Positions 58,165 to 64,000 of a stretch of DNA of 64,000 nucleotides are shown here, one piece after another. The position numbers were made by a program, and so were the translations under genes. How positions within the stretch are numbered: position 1 is the stretch's first letter; each line of letters begins with the position of its first letter. Under the pieces are notes generated by a model. It was not told where the DNA came from. It did not search any database and worked only from the letters and a program-made list of their open reading frames with translations. Origin of the DNA: an uncultured Gemmatimonadota bacterium (GTDB lineage: Bacteria > JAAXHH01); the NCBI GenBank assembly GCA_951812955.1, contig OX638340.1, forward strand, positions 2,624,001 to 2,688,000, read 5' to 3'.

Positions 58165-60120
58165 TCAGTTGAATATGATGTGCCCCGTTATGCCCGTCAA
58201 TCCATCTATGATGACCCATAGGCCTGCGCTGACGAACTCGCCGAGAATCAGCCCCAGGAAGAAGGGCAGCATCTTCCGATAGATGTCGATCCCACCGTAC
58301 TTGAGGATGAGTCCCTTGATCATCCAGGCGAGGAATATGGAAAACCACGCGGTGAGGAGCGGGGCGGAGGCGCCAACGGGAAATCCGATGAAATGGAGGG
58401 GCCACCAGATGAACTTCTGCCTCACGTACATAAGCGCCCACATGATGGTAGCGCCCAGACCGAAGAAGAACCATCGCCCGGCGGGTTCGGACGTGGAGGT
58501 GATGGTGGTCGCATAGTAGCTGAACCGGTTCTGCTGAAGCTCTCCGAAGAACTGCCAGTTGAGGTTGATGCCGCCGTGTTCATAGGCCAGGTACATGACC
58601 GTGTAGATCGAGCTGGCCAGGCTGCACAGGATGGCCAGGCCGATGGCCGCGGTGAGCCAGCGCTGGTTCCGGATCTTCGCCGTATCGGCCAGTTTCAGGC
58701 CGTTGACCATTGAGGGCATGATGAGCGTTCGGGTGTGGGTGAACCAGAACTTGGTCAATCCGATGGCCACCAGGTTGCGCGCGCCGACGAAGGGGCCGGT
58801 GAATCCGTGGATCATGAACTCCTGGGGATTGAAGGTCTCCGCGAAGATCACGCCCCCTTCCGCCACGATCCGCGCGAAGCCGACGTAGACCGCGAGTACC
58901 AGGATCAGCAGAATGATGGCCAGCCAGGCGGAGAGGCCGATCATCCATAGCCAACCGAGCAGGAACAGGACGCCCAGTCCCCCGCCGATCACGGCGAAAC
59001 GGTAGGAAAGGCATTCGTTGGAGTCGTCCGGCTCGCCGCCTCCGCGGAACGCCTTGCCCAGGATCTCGCGGATATGCGCCCGGGCCAGCCAGAGACTGAA
59101 CAGGGCGAGGACCATCAGCGCGCCGAACATCTGGTATTCACCCGGCAAGGTGGTACTGCCCGCCAGGTCCACGCCGAAGCTCGCGTTTACCAGGTTTTGC
59201 AATCGCCCGATGAGAAAGAAGAGCCACAGGCTGAATGAAATCTCGAGACTGAGCAGATAGGCGAAGCCCACCAGCGGGAACGACAGGTTGATGGGCAGCA
59301 CCAGCTGGTTGTTGAAGAGCCCGATGGTCTCCTGGAAGTAAATTGTCGGGAAAAAGTAGATATAGTTGTGTACGGCGTTCCAGGCGTTGATCAGGAAGGG
59401 AATGGCGAACCCCGCCCACATGATCCGGTTCCGGAAGAACGACGCAAGGCGGGAACTCGACCCATCCTCTCCCGGATCGATCATCTCGGCGGGCAGCTTG
59501 ACCAGGGGGAAGACGAGACGTTCCCGTTCCACCCATTGCTTGCGCAGGATTACGGTGATGCAGAACACCACGAAATATAGCACCAGGACGAAACTCAGCC
59601 AGGCGGCCAGGGGTACGGCCCATTCGCCCCAGGGGATGCTCCCGCCCCGGGGCAGGCCTTCGAAGAACGATCGCACCGCCTCGGAGTCCTGGGGCATCAG
59701 CCAGGGCTCGACATGGGGCCCCACGGTCTCGAGCCAGCGGTTCTCCGGCGTGGCGTAGTACATGGAGGCCATGGCCGGCAGGAGGACCTCGGTCAGGCCG
59801 TAAGACGGGATGGCCGACGCGATGAGCGACATGATGTAGACGACGGCCAGTTCGCCCTGCGTGAGCGCGTGGCCCGGCGACCAGGTCCGCAGCAGCGTGT
59901 TCACGATTCCGACGAGGACGGCAAAGAGGAAGACCACGCCGATTGGGGTGAAGTTGCTGCCCAGGTACGATCCCTGGATGATCATATTGGAATAGGGATC
60001 GGCGATACCCAGGATCAACGAGCAGGCCATCCCCACGGCCACGGCGCGAGGGGTGACCATCTCCCTCGGCGTAGATACGTGATGTTCATCCCGGGATGTA
60101 ACTGGACGGGGGACCGACAT
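58165..60120 (-). CDS. Large polytopic membrane protein of unknown family
   Basis: 651 aa, >12 hydrophobic segments, no recognised transporter signature. Confidence 0.5.
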   Translation of the reverse strand: MSVPRPVTSRDEHHVSTPREMVTPRAVAVGMACSLILGIADPYSNMIIQGSYLGSNFTPIGVVFLFAVLVGIVNTLLRTWSPGHALTQGELAVVYIMSLIASAIPSYGLTEVLLPAMASMYYATPENRWLETVGPHVEPWLMPQDSEAVRSFFEGLPRGGSIPWGEWAVPLAAWLSFVLVLYFVVFCITVILRKQWVERERLVFPLVKLPAEMIDPGEDGSSSRLASFFRNRIMWAGFAIPFLINAWNAVHNYIYFFPTIYFQETIGLFNNQLVLPINLSFPLVGFAYLLSLEISFSLWLFFLIGRLQNLVNASFGVDLAGSTTLPGEYQMFGALMVLALFSLWLARAHIREILGKAFRGGGEPDDSNECLSYRFAVIGGGLGVLFLLGWLWMIGLSAWLAIILLILVLAVYVGFARIVAEGGVIFAETFNPQEFMIHGFTGPFVGARNLVAIGLTKFWFTHTRTLIMPSMVNGLKLADTAKIRNQRWLTAAIGLAILCSLASSIYTVMYLAYEHGGINLNWQFFGELQQNRFSYYATTITSTSEPAGRWFFFGLGATIMWALMYVRQKFIWWPLHFIGFPVGASAPLLTAWFSIFLAWMIKGLILKYGGIDIYRKMLPFFLGLILGEFVSAGLWVIIDGLTGITGHIIFN

Positions 60121-60388
60121 GGAGGAGCCTTTCGGGCCGGCACGTGGCGTACGTCTCGCGGTCGGTCATCGGGGACGACCGGTGAAGGAAAAGGGTATAG
60201 CGTCGGGAAAGCCGATGTCAAGTTGATTGTCCGTGTGCCGGGGGCAGGTTGTCCCGTGTCAAGCATGTCGGCGTGCTCCTTTCTCGGCTTACTCGGTGCG
60301 GTGGGTGCGGCCGGCGGTACCCGGTTGCCTCCGGTGAACACGAAGATAGACTTGACGCTGCCCTTCTCCTCGCATACGGTTGTAGCCT

Positions 60389-61204
60389 ATGATGCTCACC
60401 AGTTTCCAGAATCCCCGGGTCAAGGCGATTCGGGCTCTTTCGCGGCGTAAAAACCGTCGGGAGACCGGGTTGTTCTTCGCGGAAGGCATCCGGCTCGCGG
60501 GCGAGGCCGTGCAGACCGGGGCGGACATCGAAACGCTCGTGGTCGCTCCGGAACTGCTGCGCAGCGATTTCGGACAAGATACGGTGCGCCGCGCGGAGCA
60601 GGATGGTGTCGAGACGCTGAACGTCAGCACCGCGGTGTTTCAGACGCTTTCGATGAAGGACGGCCCGCAGGGTATCGGGGCTGTCGTCCGGCAAAGGTGG
60701 ACCGCGCTCGACGAGGTGAGCGCGGACGACTTGGCGCCTGGCAAGACACTCGGCTGGGTGGTTCTCGAGGACGTGGGCAACCCGGGCAACCTGGGTTCGA
60801 TCCTGCGCACGAGTGAGGCGGTGGGTGGGTCCGGTGTCATCCTGCTGGGTGATACGGCGGACCCATACGATCCTGCATCGGTACGTGGCAGTATGGGGTC
60901 CATTTTCACGCAGCGGGTCGTTCGAACCTCGCTCGAATCCCTGATCGACTGGCAGAACGAGACCGATCTTCCGATGGTCGGCGCGTCAGACGCCGCGACG
61001 GTCGATTACCGGGATGCCGAATATGCCCCACCCATCCTCCTGTGCCTGGGTAGCGAACAACACGGTCTGTCTGAAATCCAACGCGCCGCCTGCGATCAGG
61101 TCGTACGCATTCCCATGGTCGGCCGGGCCGATTCCCTGAACCTGGCCGTGGCTGCCGGCGTGCTGCTGTACGATGTTTTCAATTGGGCGCGTGGTGCGGA
61201 CTGA
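60389..61204 (+). CDS. TrmH/SpoU-family RNA 2'-O-methyltransferase
   Basis: SpoU substrate-binding N-domain and SPOUT motifs LEDVGNPGNLGSILRTSEAVG, …LCLGSEQHGLS…, SLNLAVAAGVLLY. Confidence 0.8.
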   Translation: MMLTSFQNPRVKAIRALSRRKNRRETGLFFAEGIRLAGEAVQTGADIETLVVAPELLRSDFGQDTVRRAEQDGVETLNVSTAVFQTLSMKDGPQGIGAVVRQRWTALDEVSADDLAPGKTLGWVVLEDVGNPGNLGSILRTSEAVGGSGVILLGDTADPYDPASVRGSMGSIFTQRVVRTSLESLIDWQNETDLPMVGASDAATVDYRDAEYAPPILLCLGSEQHGLSEIQRAACDQVVRIPMVGRADSLNLAVAAGVLLYDVFNWARGAD

Positions 61205-61315
61205 CCGATTCCGTTTAATCGAGTTTTGCTTGTCATGATCGCGCCGGCCGGGTTATTATACCGTTCTGACTTTCGCAATCACAGGATACTCAATCTACAA
61301 CAAAGAGGTCGACCC

Positions 61316-62476
61316 ATGCCAGTTACCCGCCGCGCTTTCCTGGAAACCTCCGCCCTCGCGTTGACCGGTCTGGCCGCGTCCGCGAAGGCACACGCCGACA
61401 CTGCACCCCAGGATACGAGTTCTGTCCTCGCTCCGCCGACGGTAGTCGCGTCGCGTAACGGTATTCGCGGCGTCAGGAAGGCCTACGAGATGATGACGCA
61501 GGACCAGGCCGACCCACTCGACGCGGTCATCGCCGGCGTGAACATCCAGGAGCTGGACCCCAATGACCAGTCCGTAGGGTACGGGGGCCGTCCCAACGCG
61601 GACGGTGTCGTTACCCTGGACGCATCCGTCATGCACGGACCCACCCGGCGGGCCGGTTCGGTCGCCGCGCTGGAGGACATAGCCTCGGCGTCGTTGGTGG
61701 CCAAGGCGATCATGGACTATACCGATCACATCATGCTGGTCGGAAAAGGCGCGAAGCGCTTTGCCCTCGGCCTGGGATTCAAGGAACAGGACCTGTTGTC
61801 CGAGGAGAGCAGGCAGGACTGGCTGCGCTGGCGGTCCCAGCTCAGTCCGGACGACGACTGGCTGGACCATGAGGACGACATCGTGATCGATCGGCCGGGC
61901 GGCACGATCAACATGTGCGGGGTGGACGCCAACGGCGACATCGGCAGCGTAACGACCACGAGCGGCCTGTCCTGGAAGATCCCGGGCCGCGTGGGCGACA
62001 GCCCCATAATCGGTACGGGGCAGTACTGCGACAACGACGTGGGCGCTGCCGGGTCCACGGGCCGAGGCGAAGCGAACATCAAGGTATGCGGGGCCTTTCT
62101 GACCGTGGAATTCATGCGGCAAGGCAAGTCACCCCAGGAAGCCTGTCTGGCTACGCTCGAGCGGGCCGTGGCCATGACGGAGGACCGGCTGCTGGACGGC
62201 AAGGGCCGCCCCCTATTCAGCCTGAACTTCTACGCCGTGTCCAAGGACGGCCGGTTCGGCGGGGCGACCATGTACCAGTACCCGGACGAGTATCTCGAGG
62301 TGCTGCCGGGACGGGGCAATTACGCCGTGGCCAACGCGGATGGCGCCCGCCACGTGCCTCTACAGTACGTGTACGACCAGACGCAGCTTCCCGGATCGCT
62401 GAAGGACCGGATGATGGAGCGCGTGGAGCGGATCAGGAAGGAACGAGCCGAGATGGAAAACCAGGAGAACCAATAG
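61316..62476 (+). CDS. Asparaginase-2 family Ntn hydrolase, glycosylasparaginase-like, Tat-exported
   Basis: Tat signal MPVTRRAFLETSALALTGLAASAKAHA; Ntn-hydrolase asparaginase-2 family pattern around …GTINMCGVD… and …IIGTGQYCDNDVGAAGSTGRGE…. Confidence 0.6.
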   Translation: MPVTRRAFLETSALALTGLAASAKAHADTAPQDTSSVLAPPTVVASRNGIRGVRKAYEMMTQDQADPLDAVIAGVNIQELDPNDQSVGYGGRPNADGVVTLDASVMHGPTRRAGSVAALEDIASASLVAKAIMDYTDHIMLVGKGAKRFALGLGFKEQDLLSEESRQDWLRWRSQLSPDDDWLDHEDDIVIDRPGGTINMCGVDANGDIGSVTTTSGLSWKIPGRVGDSPIIGTGQYCDNDVGAAGSTGRGEANIKVCGAFLTVEFMRQGKSPQEACLATLERAVAMTEDRLLDGKGRPLFSLNFYAVSKDGRFGGATMYQYPDEYLEVLPGRGNYAVANADGARHVPLQYVYDQTQLPGSLKDRMMERVERIRKERAEMENQENQ

Positions 62477-62484
62477 AGGGTTTC

Positions 62485-63282
62485 ATGGTACTGAATGACC
62501 AGCAGATCGCCGCGTTCGAGGAATCGGGCTACCTGTTCTTTTCCGGATTACTCGACGAAGAGGAAGTGAAGACGCTGCAGGAGGCGGTTCCGGAAGTGCT
62601 AAGCCGCCAGGGACCCGAGGTGGTACGGGAGAAGGACGATCCCACGGCCGCCCGGCTGGCTTTCGGAGCGCATACCTATTCCGAGCCCTTCGGACGCCTG
62701 GCGCGGCTTCCCCGGCTGATGGACCCGGTCCGCCAGTTGGTGGGAGACGAGGTCTATCTCCACCAGACTCGCATGAATCCCAAGCAGGGCTTCGGAAGCG
62801 GGGCATCGTGGACGTGGCACCAGGATTATCCATCGTGGTACAAGGTGGACGGCATGCCCGAACCGAATTGCATCATGGCGTCGGTATTCATCGACGACTG
62901 CACGCCGGTCACATCTCCGCTCATGATCATTCCGGGGTCCCACCGATGGGGGCTGCTAAACTCGGAACTCCACGCTGACGCCAAAGGCCGGGGTTATCAC
63001 CTGTTTAACATCGACCGACCGACCCTGGAGCAGCTGGCCGACGAGCACGGCATCGAGCCGCTGATCGGCCCGGCGGGCTCGGTCGCCCTGATCCACAGCA
63101 ACATCGTCCACGGCTCTGCCGACAACGTATCGCCCTGGCGCAGGGCCATCTTCTACCTGATCTACAACGCGGTCGGCAACGCGTGCACTCGAGAGGTCCG
63201 GCCCTGGTACCAGAATAACCGGGACTTCACGCCCCTGGAACCGATCGAAGACGACGGGTTGCGGGTCCTCTCGACAGCCTGA
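62485..63282 (+). CDS. Phytanoyl-CoA dioxygenase (PhyH)/ectoine-hydroxylase-like Fe(II)/2OG oxygenase
   Basis: …WHQDYPSW… His/Asp motif and …IHSNIVHGSADN… distal His. Confidence 0.65.
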   Translation: MVLNDQQIAAFEESGYLFFSGLLDEEEVKTLQEAVPEVLSRQGPEVVREKDDPTAARLAFGAHTYSEPFGRLARLPRLMDPVRQLVGDEVYLHQTRMNPKQGFGSGASWTWHQDYPSWYKVDGMPEPNCIMASVFIDDCTPVTSPLMIIPGSHRWGLLNSELHADAKGRGYHLFNIDRPTLEQLADEHGIEPLIGPAGSVALIHSNIVHGSADNVSPWRRAIFYLIYNAVGNACTREVRPWYQNNRDFTPLEPIEDDGLRVLSTA

Positions 63283-63410
63283 TTCGCCGGGCCTGGCCCC
63301 TGTCGCCCGGAACCAGGCCACTTTCTCAGGTTGGGAACCTACCGGTCCGGGATCAGCACCCAGGCCGCCGCGCCTCCCAGTCATCCCGCCGCCCAGTCCG
63401 CCCCTGCCGG

Positions 63411-64000
63411 TTAGTCCGCCGCATTCGCCGCCTGGATCGCGGCATGGATGTACCCGTAGGCGTAGGCGAATCCCACCTGGCCCGCCTCGGGTCCTGAAAT
63501 CCCGGGCACGTGATCGGGCATGATCATGTACTCGTACCCCACTTCTTTGTAGGTACGCATCGCCTTCAGCATATCGACGTCGCCCTCGTCGGGGAACACC
63601 TCCACGAAGTTGTTCAGCCGACCCTTGATGTTCCGGAAGTGGACGTTGAAGATCTTCTTCCTGCTGCCGAAATATCGGATCACGTCGTAGATCTCCTCCG
63701 AGGGGTTCTCCAGGCTTTCCGACATGCAACCCTGGCAGAAGTTCAGCCCGTTGTAGGGACTGTCATAGAGTTCGATCAGTTTCTTGAAGCCGTCCGACAT
63801 CCCCAGCACGCGGGCGACACCGCGGTACGTCCGGCCGTGCCCGATGCCCGGGTCCGACGGATGGCAGGCCATCTGGACCTTGTATTCTTCGGCCACGGGG
63901 ATGATCGTCTTCAGCCAGTGATCGATGCGTTCCCACATTTCGTCTTCATCGGCGGGCCCCCCTTCGAATTCGGGTCTGCCCTGGTCGAGCTTGTCGTATT
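63411..64000 (-). CDS. uxuA: Mannonate dehydratase (C-terminal part; gene continues past window end)
   Basis: 175-aa C-terminal segment …[13 protein letters not shown]… matches UxuA family; reading frame stays open to the window edge. Confidence 0.7.
   Translation of the reverse strand, partial: YDKLDQGRPEFEGGPADEDEMWERIDHWLKTIIPVAEEYKVQMACHPSDPGIGHGRTYRGVARVLGMSDGFKKLIELYDSPYNGLNFCQGCMSESLENPSEEIYDVIRYFGSRKKIFNVHFRNIKGRLNNFVEVFPDEGDVDMLKAMRTYKEVGYEYMIMPDHVPGISGPEAGQVGFAYAYGYIHAAIQAANAAD

Overview
The window is mostly high-GC chromosome from an unidentified bacterium, interrupted by one large AT-rich island and two small AT-rich insertions. A GWxTD-domain protein and three paralogous ~800-aa MacB/FtsX-type permeases hint at a Gemmatimonadota/Acidobacteria-like lineage, but this is inference only.

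High-GC backbone genes are ordinary housekeeping and metabolic genes. They include three tandem LacI-family regulators, PhyH and Gfo/Idh/MocA oxidoreductases, priA, a SplB-like radical-SAM protein, purB, an SSS symporter, the three FtsX-type permeases, NDH-2, a cobalt-type nitrile hydratase operon (alpha, beta, accessory), a 2-oxoacid dehydrogenase E2, rfbA, and a glycan-scavenging set (GH33 sialidase, Tat-exported glycosylasparaginase-like Ntn hydrolase, uxuA).

The main accessory feature is an AT-rich island of about 13.9 kb (about 16884-30794), sitting between the SSS symporter locus and a DASS-family transporter. It carries:
- a complete Type I R-M operon, hsdM-hsdS-hsdR-ygjP(DUF45);
- an IS3-type transposase OrfA stub;
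- several small unknown genes with strong ribosome-binding sites;
- a GC-rich rhodanese gene, suggesting a mosaic origin;
- a translationally coupled gene pair in which a stand-alone HipA-C (HipT-like) Ser/Thr kinase core is followed by a 248-aa protein whose N-terminus weakly resembles the HipA N-subdomain (HipS-like).

That last pair is a gene order not described for HipBA or HipBST, and no HipB-type HTH antitoxin gene is visible. It is the strongest candidate for a novel toxin-antitoxin or defence module here.

The right island junction cuts away the native start region of the DASS transporter gene.

Other notable observations:
- an in-frame 24-bp x5 tandem repeat expansion inside ndh;
- an AT-rich APH/choline-kinase-like phosphotransferase cassette next to the NHase operon, bracketed by ~67-bp identical direct repeats embedded in a duplicated small membrane gene;
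- a frameshifted SDH-family Clp-fold serine protease in a second AT-rich islet;
- short tandem duplications of gene 3' ends;
- a strong sigma70-type promoter in the island with no ORF for about 450 bp downstream.

No CRISPR array, rRNA or tRNA was recognised.
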